Source of the DNA: Acidimicrobiia bacterium
GTDB taxonomy: Bacteria > Actinomycetota > Acidimicrobiia > Spongiisociales > ZC4RG35
NCBI GenBank assembly: GCA_965215185.1
Contig: OZ244034.1
Span: forward strand, 544,001-608,000
Reading direction: 5' to 3'
Length of the DNA stretch: 64,000 bases
A program made the translations under genes and the position numbers. The notes below the pieces were generated by a model that saw nothing but the letters and a program-made list of their open reading frames with translations, had not been told where the DNA came from and searched no databases. Of this stretch, positions 9,079 through 18,866 are shown in pieces (position 1 is the stretch's first letter; every line of letters begins with the position of its first letter).

Positions 9079-10223
9079 AGGTCCGAAGTCAGCGACCGGA
9101 TCTCGCGTTCGGTCATTTCGTTGATTTCGTTGAAGGCCCGCTCGAAGTCCTGCCTGACTGCCGTGAGCAACGAGGATATCTGTGACATTGCGACGGTAGC
9201 CTGTTCCGGCTGGCCGCTGCCGACGGCTTCGGAATAGGCTTGGCGATGCACTGCTACGTAGGGCAGGGTCGCTTCGATGGCCTGCTGGTTTTGTAGCAGT
9301 CGCGGCTGATTGGGTGGCGTTGCGATGGCTTGGTCGAGTCGGAATTGCCAATCGGTCAGCAGGGCTGCGTTCTCTGGAAGATTGGAAATCTCCAAAGGCC
9401 CGTTCAGGGAGGGCGGTGTCAGTAGGGGCTCCACTTGCCCTCTGTAGGAGAATGCGGCGCCGAAGGTTTCTCCTAGGCGGGACACACGACCGGCGAGGGC
9501 GGTGGCTGACATCCGCAGCGCGGCCAGGGAAGGTTCGTTGGTGGGAAGAGCTGCCGCGGATTCCACCAGACTACGAGAGGCGGCTCCCAGCGCGGAGATG
9601 GAGGAGACGTGTTCGGGTGTGAAAGAACTGCCCGCCCGGAGGGATTCTAGTGTGATGAGACTATCTTCCACGGACCCGACGGCGACCGAGGCGGCATTGG
9701 TCACCGCCGCCCGTATTTCGGTCTGGCCCGGCTCTGAATCGTTTAGGAACAACAGGACGCCGACGGTGATTGCGGCCGCTATGGCGACGAAGACAAGAGT
9801 GGTCCACAATCCGTTTCGCGATCGGTGGGTGGTTATCTGTCGCAGAGAGTGAAAGGAACTTGGTTGCAAGGGGGTGAGGGGGAGACCGGTTTCGGGTGCA
9901 TTCCACATTTGGTGGATGTCAGCCTCGGAGAGCTTGTGAGCCTGTTGGGGAGGTGGGGCTTGCACGGCTGTTGCCCCCAGCAACGAGGAGGTGGCGGTTC
10001 CGTTGGCGCTGCTCCGGTGGCCGTTGTTTCGAGGTGACGGGTGGTGTGTGCCCGAGGCAGGGCGCATGCCGTTGCCGTTGGTGGGCTCGACAGGGGGATG
10101 GGTGGCTGGGGCGGTAGGTTGATCGGCGGGACGCGGTGTTAATAAAGTGGAGTGACGACCAGGATTCGGTTCCGAGACATCCTCCCGCTGGCGGTGCGAG
10201 GGACTCCGCCGGTTACTGGGCAT
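9054..10223 (-). CDS. Hypothetical membrane protein (Pro-rich N-terminus, one TM helix, helical C-terminal domain)
   Basis: Long ORF with hydrophobic segment LWTTLVFVAIAAAITVGVLLFL; start uncertain. Confidence 0.7.
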   Translation of the reverse strand: MPSNRRSPSHRQREDVSEPNPGRHSTLLTPRPADQPTAPATHPPVEPTNGNGMRPASGTHHPSPRNNGHRSSANGTATSSLLGATAVQAPPPQQAHKLSEADIHQMWNAPETGLPLTPLQPSSFHSLRQITTHRSRNGLWTTLVFVAIAAAITVGVLLFLNDSEPGQTEIRAAVTNAASVAVGSVEDSLITLESLRAGSSFTPEHVSSISALGAASRSLVESAAALPTNEPSLAALRMSATALAGRVSRLGETFGAAFSYRGQVEPLLTPPSLNGPLEISNLPENAALLTDWQFRLDQAIATPPNQPRLLQNQQAIEATLPYVAVHRQAYSEAVGSGQPEQATVAMSQISSLLTAVRQDFERAFNEINEMTEREIRSLTSDLQSLSEGT

Positions 10224-10314
10224 GAGATGTCTACCACGCGGTTTGCCACGCCGGGCACTAAAGTCTGTATTGGGCAAGCACACCTGCTTTATGGGTGTCC
10301 GCCCGACTTCCACT

Positions 10315-10752
10315 ATGCAGAACCCGAAGGTTAGCGTCCGCAGACTCAATACAAAAGGTAATTTGCCGCGTGCTGCCTATCCGGGGGACGCCGCATTTGA
10401 TCTGCCCACCGCTATCGATGTTGAATTGTCGCCAGGTGAACGTAGGAAGATACCGACGGGTCTGGCCTTTGCCATTCCCGACGGATACGCCGGCTTGGTG
10501 TTGGCCCGCAGCGGTTTGGCCGATCGGTTGGGGGTCGGAATCGTCAACAGCCCAGGGTTGATAGATTCGGGGTACCGTGGAGAAGTCTCGGTTGTCCTGA
10601 TCAATTTTTCGCAAGAAACCGTTCGATTTGCCGAAGGCGATCGCATAGCCCAACTCATGGTGGTGGCGGTCCCTGCTGTCCGCTTGGAGGTAACCGACAA
10701 CCTGGATGAAACCGAACGCGGTGAGGCCGGATTCGGGTCGAGCGGGCGGTGA
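10315..10752 (+). CDS. dut: dUTP diphosphatase
   Basis: GDAAFDL, RSGLA, GLIDSGYRGE, GDRIAQL, RGEAGFGSSG. Confidence 0.97.
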   Translation: MQNPKVSVRRLNTKGNLPRAAYPGDAAFDLPTAIDVELSPGERRKIPTGLAFAIPDGYAGLVLARSGLADRLGVGIVNSPGLIDSGYRGEVSVVLINFSQETVRFAEGDRIAQLMVVAVPAVRLEVTDNLDETERGEAGFGSSGR

Positions 10753-10779
10753 CCAGGCGTATATACTCATTCCCCAGGC

Positions 10780-10852
10780 GCGGAAGTAGCTCAGTTGGTA
10801 GAGCGCAACCTTGCCAAGGTTGAGGTCGCGGGTTCGAGCCCCGTCTTCCGCT
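10780..10852 (+). tRNA. tRNA-Gly (GCC)
   Basis: Acceptor stem GCGGAAG/CTTCCGC, anticodon loop TTGCCAA, GGTTCGAG T-arm; -10 TATACT at 10762. Confidence 0.97.
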
Positions 10853-10894
10853 CGTTGTTAGAGTTAAAGTCTCTGCTTTAGTGCAGAGAAGCCC

Positions 10895-10966
10895 GGCGAC
10901 GTGGCCGAGTGGATTAGGCACGGGTCTGCAAAACCCGTTACTCCGGTTCGATTCCGGACGTCGCCT
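10895..10966 (+). tRNA. tRNA-Cys (GCA)
   Basis: GGCGACG/CGTCGCC stem, loop CTGCAAA, GGTTCGATTCC. Confidence 0.97.
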
Positions 10967-10989
10967 CCGCGATTAGGTATTTTCCGATT

Positions 10990-11061
10990 GGGCCCTTAGC
11001 TCAGAGGGAGAGCGCTTCCTTGACACGGAAGAGGTCAGTGGTTCAATTCCACTAGGGCCCA
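10990..11061 (+). tRNA. tRNA-Val (GAC)
   Basis: GGGCCCT/AGGGCCC stem, loop TTGACAC, GGTTCAATTCC. Confidence 0.97.
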
Positions 11062-11541
11062 CCCTTTCCCTAACCTGCTCGCACTGCAAGCAATGTGAAG
11101 CTGTTGTGGGTGGCCGAGTAAATGACGGCCACGCCGGGCTGCGAACACCGCCTAACTGGGGTGAACATGGGTGGTTGAGCCGTGTGTCTCCGCTGCAGGC
11201 ATGATGCAAAGCCGGTTGCATTGCCGCACCAGGCTCCCCGTCCGACGTTACCGGCCGGCGTGGCTTACATTCTCTGCTATCGCTCTACTAGCGGGATAGC
11301 AGAACCCAGTCTTGGTCAATGGAATGGGGGATAATGGCTTTGGCGGTGGTCTTTTGGGACGGCAGTGTCGACGATCTACAAATGTACTAAATGTTAAATA
11401 CGTGGGCTGATACGCAGATGTGTAAAGAAAGATCAATGGCTGCATCCAGTGAATCTCTATCGATGTATCTCCTTTATGTCTTGGCGTTTCTATCCGCTAA
11501 TATCCTTCGGAACGGGATCCCAAAACAAAGGAGAGGATTGT

Positions 11542-11943
11542 ATGGATAAACGGAGAAACCTTTCGCCGGAAGTACGAGAGGCAAGAGCTGCGGCCCGTGC
11601 TGAAACCAGAGCCGTGCGGGGATACTTGGAAGGATTGCAAGCATCTGCAGGGCGTCGCGGGCGTCGCAGTTCTCCTCAGGAGGAACTGGCGGCAGTGCAG
11701 GCACAACTGGAATCGGAATCGGATCAAATCTTACGGTTGAACTTAATCCAAAAGCGGATTGATGCCGAGGGGCGTTTGGCGGAGCACCGCGATCCTGTTG
11801 ACATTGAAGCTCTGGAAGCGGAGTTTGTGAAAATAGCCAAGTCCTACTCGGATCGTAAGGGCATCTCCTACAAGGCGTGGAGGGAAATGGGAATTGCGGC
11901 ATCGGTTCTGAGCAAGAGCGGAATCGCCCGGACCCGTTCATAA
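11542..11943 (+). CDS. Small helical basic hypothetical protein with GRRGRR motif
   Basis: SD AAGGAG before ATG; 133 aa; C-terminus YSDRKGISYKAWREMGI resembles a family I recall from Acidimicrobiia. Confidence 0.85.
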   Translation: MDKRRNLSPEVREARAAARAETRAVRGYLEGLQASAGRRGRRSSPQEELAAVQAQLESESDQILRLNLIQKRIDAEGRLAEHRDPVDIEALEAEFVKIAKSYSDRKGISYKAWREMGIAASVLSKSGIARTRS

Positions 11944-11973
11944 AGGAACCCCGGGTACAATTCTCTCTTGAGA

Positions 11974-12045
11974 GGGCGCTTAGCTCAGCGGGAGAGCGCT
12001 GCCTTCACACGGCAGAGGTCACTGGTTCGATCCCAGTAGCGCCCA
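11974..12045 (+). tRNA. tRNA-Val (CAC)
   Basis: GGGCGCT/AGCGCCC stem, loop TTCACAC, GGTTCGATCC; -10 TACAAT at 11956. Confidence 0.97.
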
Positions 12046-12122
12046 CTCCGCATGTGTGTCTGGTGTTGCTCAAGGGCTCTGGATAGGTCACTTGAGCGCC
12101 CTGCGCAGCTTCTTGAAGGTGG

Positions 12123-13082
12123 ATGGCAACTTTGAACCTCCGTAACGCTGATCTGCCGAACGATCTGGTCGGCTTGGAAAGTCTGATAGCTCACATCGAA
12201 AACCATGATCTGCATTCTGCTTTAGGGGAGCGCAAGTACTTTCATGTGGTCGATCATCTTCTGAACACCGATTCCACATCCCCCGGACTGGTGGCCGAGG
12301 ATGATGCTGGAATCATTGCGTATCTGGCGTTCATGGAGGAAAACGGGGGACTGTGGACGGTGGAGACTGTTGTTCATCCCAGCCATCGAACTGATGTGCA
12401 CCTGGATCGCTTCCTGGATGCTGTCTGCCGGGAAGCGAAAGACCGAGGCGGATGCCGTATTCGTCTTTGGGCGTATACGCCCAAGGTGATGCAGGCTGCG
12501 CAGAGAATCGGTTTCAGGTTGGAACGGGAACTTCATCATATGCGGGCGCCCCTTCCCCTTGCGGAAACACCGCGGTTTCCACCGGGAATGGAGATCCGCG
12601 GCTTTCGGTCGGGAGTTGATGAAGAGGCCTGGCTGGAGGGGAACAATCGGATATTCTCCGGGCACCCCGAGAACGGCAACTGGGAGATGGCCGACCTGGA
12701 TCGGCGCCGTCGTCGCCCCTGGTTCTCATCGGAGGGCTTGCGGATGGCATGGGACGGCGAGGAACTGGCTGGGTACTGCTGGACCAAAGTGCCGTCCCCT
12801 CGTGCGGGCGAAATCTATGTAATTGGCGTCCTCCCCGGCTACCAGGGAAGAGGCCTGGGCAAATCTTTACTTTTGGAGGGAATCCGTTACATGCATAGCT
12901 ATCAACAGGCCCGGACCTGCGTTCTTTATGTGGAGGCAAGCAACGTTCTGGCGTTGAACATGTATCGATCCATGGGTTTCGAGCATCATCACACGGACCG
13001 CTCTTATCTCTTTAGGCTGGAAAAGGACGATCAGAGGTTTGTGGAGGGTACCCTATCTGTCGAGTTGAGGAGAGAAGCTTGA
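12123..13082 (+). CDS. mshD: Mycothiol synthase (tandem GNAT)
   Basis: NNRIFSGHPENG, YCWTK, GEIYVIGV, QGRGLG, LYVEASN. Confidence 0.88.
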   Translation: MATLNLRNADLPNDLVGLESLIAHIENHDLHSALGERKYFHVVDHLLNTDSTSPGLVAEDDAGIIAYLAFMEENGGLWTVETVVHPSHRTDVHLDRFLDAVCREAKDRGGCRIRLWAYTPKVMQAAQRIGFRLERELHHMRAPLPLAETPRFPPGMEIRGFRSGVDEEAWLEGNNRIFSGHPENGNWEMADLDRRRRRPWFSSEGLRMAWDGEELAGYCWTKVPSPRAGEIYVIGVLPGYQGRGLGKSLLLEGIRYMHSYQQARTCVLYVEASNVLALNMYRSMGFEHHHTDRSYLFRLEKDDQRFVEGTLSVELRREA

Positions 13083-15022
13083 TGTTGCAGTGGGAGTTGC
13101 CCGACGGGAGCCTTAGGACCGGCGAGTTGGGTGTTACCGGTAGAGACTTGGCCAGCCAAATCGGTCCTGGTCTGGCCAAAGCCGCGGTGGCGGTGCAGTT
13201 GGATGGGGAATTGTTGGACCTGACGCGTCCTCTGGAGAAGTCGGGGAAACTTCAGATCATCACCGATCGGACCGAAGAGGGTCGAGAGGTTCTCCGGCAC
13301 TCTGCGGCTCATGTGCTGGCCCAGGCGGTGTTGGATCTCTTCCCGGGGTCCACATTTGCGATCGGGCCTCCTATTGAAGACGGCTTTTATTACGACTTTG
13401 GGATTGAACGTCCCTTCTCTCCCGATGACTTGTCTCAACTGGAAGAGAGAATGGCCGCATTGATTGCCGCGGATCAGCCTTTTGTGCGCCGATCGATAAA
13501 TCGCGATGAGGCAATGGAGATGTTCCATTCACATCCGTTCAAACTGGAGATAATCGAGTCGGTGGATCCCTCCGAAGTGGCTGACGAAGAAGAAGTGACT
13601 ATCTACTCCAACAATGGATTTGTAGACCTGTGCCGTGGTCCACATGTGCCATCCACCGGGCGACTGAAAGCGGTTAAGCTGCTGCGCACCTCGGGCGCCT
13701 ATTGGAGGGGGAACGAAAACAATCCGCAGTTGCAGAGAATATACGGTACCGCCTGGGAATCTCCCCAGGCTCTCCGGGATTATCTTTATCGTTTGGAAGA
13801 GGCGGATCGGCGTGATCATCGAAAGCTCGGTCCCGCCTTGGACCTCTTTTCTTTCCCCCGACGATTGGGGGCCGGATTGATGGTTTGGCATCCCAAAGGT
13901 GGCATGGTCAGGAAATTGATAGAGGATCACAGCCGCAAACTCCATGAACACTTTGGATTTGAGTTCGTCTTTTCTCCGCACCTAGCACGTAGCCAGCTGT
14001 GGGAGACCTCCGGCCACCTTGATTTCTATTCAGAGAACATGTATCCGCCGATGGTGCTGGATGGAGGTGATGAATACCTGGTCAAACCGATGAACTGCCC
14101 GTTTCACGTGCTGATTTATGGTAGCCGGGGCCGTTCTTATCGAGACCTGCCGATTCGAATGTCGGAGTTGGGGTCGGTGTATCGCTATGAACGTTCGGGA
14201 GTGATTCATGGGGCGTTACGCGCCCGGGGTTTCACTCAGGATGATTCCCATACCTTCTGCACGCGCCAACAGTTGCCGGCCGAATTGGATATGCATCTTC
14301 TTTTTGTGTTGAGTTGGCTCAGGGACTTTGGATTCGAGGAATTCGAGGCCGATCTCTCTACTCGTCCCGACAAATTCGTAGGAGATCCACTCCTGTGGGA
14401 AGCGGCAGAGGAGGCTCTGTTGCAGTCACTGCTGAATGCAGGTGTCTCTCATCGGCAGGCAGAAGGGGAGGGAGCATTCTATGGGCCCAAGATCGACGTC
14501 CACGTTCGGGACGCCATCGGTAGGAGGTGGCAGATGTCCACCATTCAGGTTGACTTCGCCCTCCCGGAAAATTTTGGGCTGCAATACACCGATACAGACA
14601 ATGTCTTTCGTCGGCCCGTGATGATCCACAGCGCCAAAGCCGGATCGATAGAGCGCTTTTTCGGGGTGTTGGTGGAGCACTATGCGGGCGCGTTCCCCCT
14701 GTGGCTGGCGCCGGTGCAAGTGGTAGTGAATCCAGTGGCCGACCGTCACATCGACTATGCACATTTGGTGGGGGAGAGGCTGAAATCCGCGGGCCTGCGG
14801 ATCCAGGTGGATTCCTCGTCTGATCGGTTGGGAGAAAAGATCCGGCGAGCCATGACTGCCAAACACCCGGTGGTGATGGTGGTGGGGGACCAAGACGTCA
14901 AGAACGAAACGGTAGGAATGCGCCGCTTCGGAGAACAGCGAGAGAGAAGGGCGGTTCCTCTCGCTGACGCCATAGCCGCGCTGGCGGAGGAGGCCCTTAC
15001 TCCCTTCGACTTCTCCGATTGA
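13082..15022 (+). CDS. thrS: Threonine--tRNA ligase
   Basis: RHSAAH, DLCRGPH, RDHRKLG, KPMNCP, YRYERSG, GAFYGPKID. Confidence 0.98.
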   Translation: MLQWELPDGSLRTGELGVTGRDLASQIGPGLAKAAVAVQLDGELLDLTRPLEKSGKLQIITDRTEEGREVLRHSAAHVLAQAVLDLFPGSTFAIGPPIEDGFYYDFGIERPFSPDDLSQLEERMAALIAADQPFVRRSINRDEAMEMFHSHPFKLEIIESVDPSEVADEEEVTIYSNNGFVDLCRGPHVPSTGRLKAVKLLRTSGAYWRGNENNPQLQRIYGTAWESPQALRDYLYRLEEADRRDHRKLGPALDLFSFPRRLGAGLMVWHPKGGMVRKLIEDHSRKLHEHFGFEFVFSPHLARSQLWETSGHLDFYSENMYPPMVLDGGDEYLVKPMNCPFHVLIYGSRGRSYRDLPIRMSELGSVYRYERSGVIHGALRARGFTQDDSHTFCTRQQLPAELDMHLLFVLSWLRDFGFEEFEADLSTRPDKFVGDPLLWEAAEEALLQSLLNAGVSHRQAEGEGAFYGPKIDVHVRDAIGRRWQMSTIQVDFALPENFGLQYTDTDNVFRRPVMIHSAKAGSIERFFGVLVEHYAGAFPLWLAPVQVVVNPVADRHIDYAHLVGERLKSAGLRIQVDSSSDRLGEKIRRAMTAKHPVVMVVGDQDVKNETVGMRRFGEQRERRAVPLADAIAALAEEALTPFDFSD

Positions 15023-15028
15023 TTGGCC

Positions 15029-15520
15029 ATGAGTAAAAAGGGACACGACGGGATACTCATTCCCGAGGACTTGGCCCGAGCCGAGGCGGTGCCCGATGAC
15101 CTCGATTCGGGGACGGTGGGCCCTTATCGATTCCCGGACCCTCTTCGTCGCCGGTGGGCGGGATGGGCGTATTTGGGCGGGGCGATCATTTTGGCCGGGT
15201 TGGCCCTTTCCACCCCCGGTCTGTGGATAACGGTTGCTCTCCTGGTGGCGATGGCCGCCTATCACCGGTGGGCGTCGTGGCCACTGTCGCTTGACCAGGC
15301 TGGAGCTTTGAAGGCCGCGGCAGCCGAGGTCCCCTTTGGGGTGGGGCATGCGTCGGTGGCGGTGAGTTTTGTGGGGGTGCGGTCTCGACCCCGTTGGCAG
15401 GTGATTCTCTATTCTTCCGAGAGCCCTCCTCGGCATCGGGCTTTGGTAGAGATCGACGCGGTGAGCGCCGCGTTATGTTCGCAGGTGTACATAGAGGAGC
15501 TGGAATCGCCCCTGCCCTGA
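15029..15520 (+). CDS. Hypothetical membrane protein (two TM helices)
   Basis: ORF tightly coupled to thrS; PDDLD..VGPYRFPD then hydrophobic hairpin. Confidence 0.75.
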   Translation: MSKKGHDGILIPEDLARAEAVPDDLDSGTVGPYRFPDPLRRRWAGWAYLGGAIILAGLALSTPGLWITVALLVAMAAYHRWASWPLSLDQAGALKAAAAEVPFGVGHASVAVSFVGVRSRPRWQVILYSSESPPRHRALVEIDAVSAALCSQVYIEELESPLP

Positions 15521-15527
15521 GGGCGAG

Positions 15528-16811
15528 TCACTCAGGACGTTCTCCGAGCTTTCGTTCGGTCTTTCCCACAAACACCTGCCGAGGCCGGAAAATACGGCTC
15601 TTGGGGTCCGAAGCCATCTCCCTCCAGTGGGACAGCCAACCCGGCAGTCGCCCTATCGCGAAGAGCACGGTGAACATGTCGGTGGGAAAACCCAGCGCCC
15701 GGTAGAGGAATCCCGAATAGAAATCAACGTTGGGGAAGAGCCGCCGCTTGACAAAATACTGATCGGCCAGCGCCCCTGACTCCAGTTCTTTGGCCAGTTG
15801 CAGGAGGGGATCGTCCGTGCCCATACCGGATAACACATTTGCGGCAGCTTCCTTGATGATCTTGGCTCTCGGGTCGTAGTTGCGGTACACGCGATGGCCA
15901 AAGCCCATCAACCTGAACGGATCGGAGCGGTCTTTGGCTCGACGCAAAGCCAGCCCGATATCTCCACCCTCGGCCTCTATTTGTTCCAGCATCCCCAGAA
16001 CCCTCTGGTTGGCTCCACCATGAAGTGGTCCGGAGAGGGCGTTGATCCCCGCGGCGACAGATGCGAAAATGCTCGCTCGGCCGGATCCCACCAGTTGCAC
16101 GGCCGAAGATGAGCAGTTCTGGCCGTGGTCGCCGTGGATAAGCTCCAGCATTTCCAGGACTGCCAACTTTTCAGGGTCGGGAGGAGGGTCAGACTTGGAA
16201 ACGGCAAAGGCCGTGTGATAGAACCGGGAAGTGTATGGGAGGTCGATTCTGATGCGGATCGGCGGCAATCCCAGGCACCGGCGGTTGATGAGCGCAGCCA
16301 GCATGGGTACCCCGGCCAAGAGGATGCGAATCGCTCCTTCCCACGTCTCCGGCCGGGTGGATTGAGCTTCCCCGTGATGGCGGCCGCCCATGGCGAGGAC
16401 ACCCGCTGCCAGAGCGGTCATCGGATCGGTATTGGTCGGGAGGGCATCGAGAAAAGAATCCATGTAAGGCTGGACATCGGCATAAGCACGAATCTCTTCC
16501 TCGAAACGGTCGAGGTCCTCCGGGGAGGGAAGATCCCCGTAGAGAAGCAGCCAGGCGACGTCCAAAAAGCCCACCCGTCCAGCTAGTTCTTCGATCGGGT
16601 ATCCCCTGTAACTCAAGGTTCCCTGCTCACCATTCACATAGCTAATGGAACTGGGATTTTGGGAAGTGTTAGCAAACCCCCGATCTACCGTGATCAATCC
16701 CATGTCCGCCCTCAGTCTGGAGATGTCTATCCCCCAGTCGCCCACGGTCGGCTCCACAAGCGGGAGAACCAACTCGCGGCCTTCAAATAGGATTCGCGCC
16801 TGCTTGTCCAT
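15528..16811 (-). CDS. gltA: Citrate synthase (type II-like, diverged)
   Basis: YRGYPIE, GPLHGGAN, GFGHRVY, FPNVDFYSG, RPRQ. Confidence 0.92.
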   Translation of the reverse strand: MDKQARILFEGRELVLPLVEPTVGDWGIDISRLRADMGLITVDRGFANTSQNPSSISYVNGEQGTLSYRGYPIEELAGRVGFLDVAWLLLYGDLPSPEDLDRFEEEIRAYADVQPYMDSFLDALPTNTDPMTALAAGVLAMGGRHHGEAQSTRPETWEGAIRILLAGVPMLAALINRRCLGLPPIRIRIDLPYTSRFYHTAFAVSKSDPPPDPEKLAVLEMLELIHGDHGQNCSSSAVQLVGSGRASIFASVAAGINALSGPLHGGANQRVLGMLEQIEAEGGDIGLALRRAKDRSDPFRLMGFGHRVYRNYDPRAKIIKEAAANVLSGMGTDDPLLQLAKELESGALADQYFVKRRLFPNVDFYSGFLYRALGFPTDMFTVLFAIGRLPGWLSHWREMASDPKSRIFRPRQVFVGKTERKLGERPE

Positions 16812-16814
16812 CTT

Positions 16815-18866
16815 CTAGCTGTCCTCTTGCCGGGCAGCGCTTATCACTTTTTGTGCTTCCTGGTGAGGGACTTCCGCATAGTGGTCGAAGGACACTTCAA
16901 AAGTACCGCGTCCGCTGGTCATCGAGCGCAGATCGACGGCGTACCGTTGGATTTCGGCCATTGGAACCTCGGCGGAAATGACCCGCAGTGATCCGTCGGT
17001 ATCCATGCCGTACACGCGTCCTCTTTTGGCATTTATGTCCCCGATTACGTCTCCGGTGTACTCTTCCGGCACCTTTACGGAAAGTCGGGTGATCGGCTCC
17101 AGAAGAATAGGCTGAAGGTCAGGGCCAGCAGTTCGCACGGCGGAGATGCCAGTCATGCGGAAAGACAATTCGTCGGAGTCCACGGAATGGTACTTACCGT
17201 CGTAAACCTCAGCGGACACGTCGATAACCGGGAAACCTGCCAGAATTCCACGGGCGAATGCTTCTTGGACTCCCTTGTCTACCGCCGATATGTACTGGCG
17301 AGGTATGGAGCCTCCCTTGATGGAGTCGATGAACTCATAGCCCTCTCCCTGTGGTTTGGGGGCAAACCGCACGAAAGCTACGCCATACTGTCCCCGTCCT
17401 CCGGTCTGCTTCTTGTGTTTCCCTTCTGCTGCGGCCCGGCCTTTGATGGTCTCCCGATAAGCGATCTTGGGAAGGGCCGTGTCCACTTCCACCCCGTATT
17501 TACGTTTGATGCGGGCCAAAGTTACGTCCAGGTGGACGTCTCCTAAACCAGCCAGAATGGTCTGCCCGGTTTCGGGCCGACGCTCCACCGCCAGAGTCGG
17601 GTCTTCCTCGACTGCTCGCTGCAGCGCGGTGGAGAGTTTTTCTTCGTCCTGGGTGGAATGTGGGAAGATTGCCAGTTCCATGACCGGCCTGGGGTAGACC
17701 ACCGGGAGCACCACTGCGGTTTCCCCTGGGGAACGGAGAGTGGAACCGGTGGTGGCCTTGTCGACCTTGGCCACGGCTGCCACGTCTCCACAGAGAACCT
17801 GATTGGTTGTGACGGGATTGCGGCCTTGGAGGTAGAACAAGTTGCTGATTCGTATCGTCGAACCGTCTGCCAACTCCAAGTGGTCGTCGGTCTTGAAAGA
17901 CCCTCTGAACAGCCTCAAAATGGAAATGCGGCCCACGTAGGGGTCGCCGATGGTTTTGAAGACATACGCCACGGCGCCGCCATCCGCCGCTATTTCCAAG
18001 CCGCCCTCCGAAAGCGGAGGGGCGGGACGCTCCAAAGGTGTCGGAGCGAAGACCTTGAGAAAGTCGGCAAGGACGTCAATGCCTATCAATTGAGTGGACG
18101 AACCGGCCAACACCGGGAAAATCTCCCCGGCCACCATGGCTTCTCTGAGCACCGATACGATCACTTTCTGATCGGGTTCCTCTCCTTCGAAGTAAGCATC
18201 CATCAGATCGTCATCGGTTTCCACGACCGACTCAACCAACTCGGTGTGGGCCTGCTCCAATAAGGACGCCACTTCGGGGGGCGCCTCGGGGGAAACCTTT
18301 CCGCGAGGATTGCCATCTTCGTAGAGCTCTGCCTGGCCGGAACTGACTCTGGCTACCCCTCGAAGATTGGATTCCTCTCCGATGTTTATCACCAAGGGGG
18401 CGATCCGGGTCCCGAACGCCTGCCGTAGTTCACCGAGAGTGCGACTCAGAGATGAGCGGTCCCGGTCGAGCTTGGTGACGAATATCGCCCTGGGAGTTCC
18501 TTCCTCGGCGGCCCTTTTCCACATCAATTCGGTCTGCACCTCCACGCCGTCCACTCCTGAAACCACGAACAGCGCCAAGTCTGCCACCCGGATGGCGGAG
18601 CGGGCGTCGCCTGAGAAATCTGCGTATCCCGGGGTGTCGATCAGGTTTATCTTGCAGCCGTCCCACTCGAAAGATGCCACGGACAGGTTTAAGGATTGTT
18701 TTCGTTCCTCCTCCTCCGCCTCGTGGTCCAGCAAGGTGGTTCCCCTGTCCACCGAGCCCAGGCGGGTAGTGACTCCCGCGGTGTACAAGAGGGCCTCAGC
18801 CAGGGAAGTCTTGCCGCTTCCGCCGTGGCCAATCAGGGCAATAGTGCGAATCGAATCGGGTGACAA
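16815..18866 (-). CDS. fusA2: Elongation factor G-like protein (EF-G2)
   Basis: GHGGSGKT, DTPGYADF, KKQTGGRGQYG, DGKYHSVDS; position beside the PIM cluster as in other actinobacteria. Confidence 0.92.
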   Translation of the reverse strand: MSPDSIRTIALIGHGGSGKTSLAEALLYTAGVTTRLGSVDRGTTLLDHEAEEEERKQSLNLSVASFEWDGCKINLIDTPGYADFSGDARSAIRVADLALFVVSGVDGVEVQTELMWKRAAEEGTPRAIFVTKLDRDRSSLSRTLGELRQAFGTRIAPLVINIGEESNLRGVARVSSGQAELYEDGNPRGKVSPEAPPEVASLLEQAHTELVESVVETDDDLMDAYFEGEEPDQKVIVSVLREAMVAGEIFPVLAGSSTQLIGIDVLADFLKVFAPTPLERPAPPLSEGGLEIAADGGAVAYVFKTIGDPYVGRISILRLFRGSFKTDDHLELADGSTIRISNLFYLQGRNPVTTNQVLCGDVAAVAKVDKATTGSTLRSPGETAVVLPVVYPRPVMELAIFPHSTQDEEKLSTALQRAVEEDPTLAVERRPETGQTILAGLGDVHLDVTLARIKRKYGVEVDTALPKIAYRETIKGRAAAEGKHKKQTGGRGQYGVAFVRFAPKPQGEGYEFIDSIKGGSIPRQYISAVDKGVQEAFARGILAGFPVIDVSAEVYDGKYHSVDSDELSFRMTGISAVRTAGPDLQPILLEPITRLSVKVPEEYTGDVIGDINAKRGRVYGMDTDGSLRVISAEVPMAEIQRYAVDLRSMTSGRGTFEVSFDHYAEVPHQEAQKVISAARQEDS

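Noticed and set aside
11161-11171. 10-mer TGAACATGGG shared in inverted form with the 19017-19026 spacer
   Set aside because: A match this short between two ~500-nt regions is compatible with chance
10990-12045. Integrative element bounded by two tRNA-Val genes as att sites
   Set aside because: Both are complete tRNAs with different anticodons and diverged stems; no integrase and no duplicated 3' fragment
10780-12045. tRNA genes lacking encoded CCA
   Set aside because: Common in actinobacteria; CCA is added enzymatically
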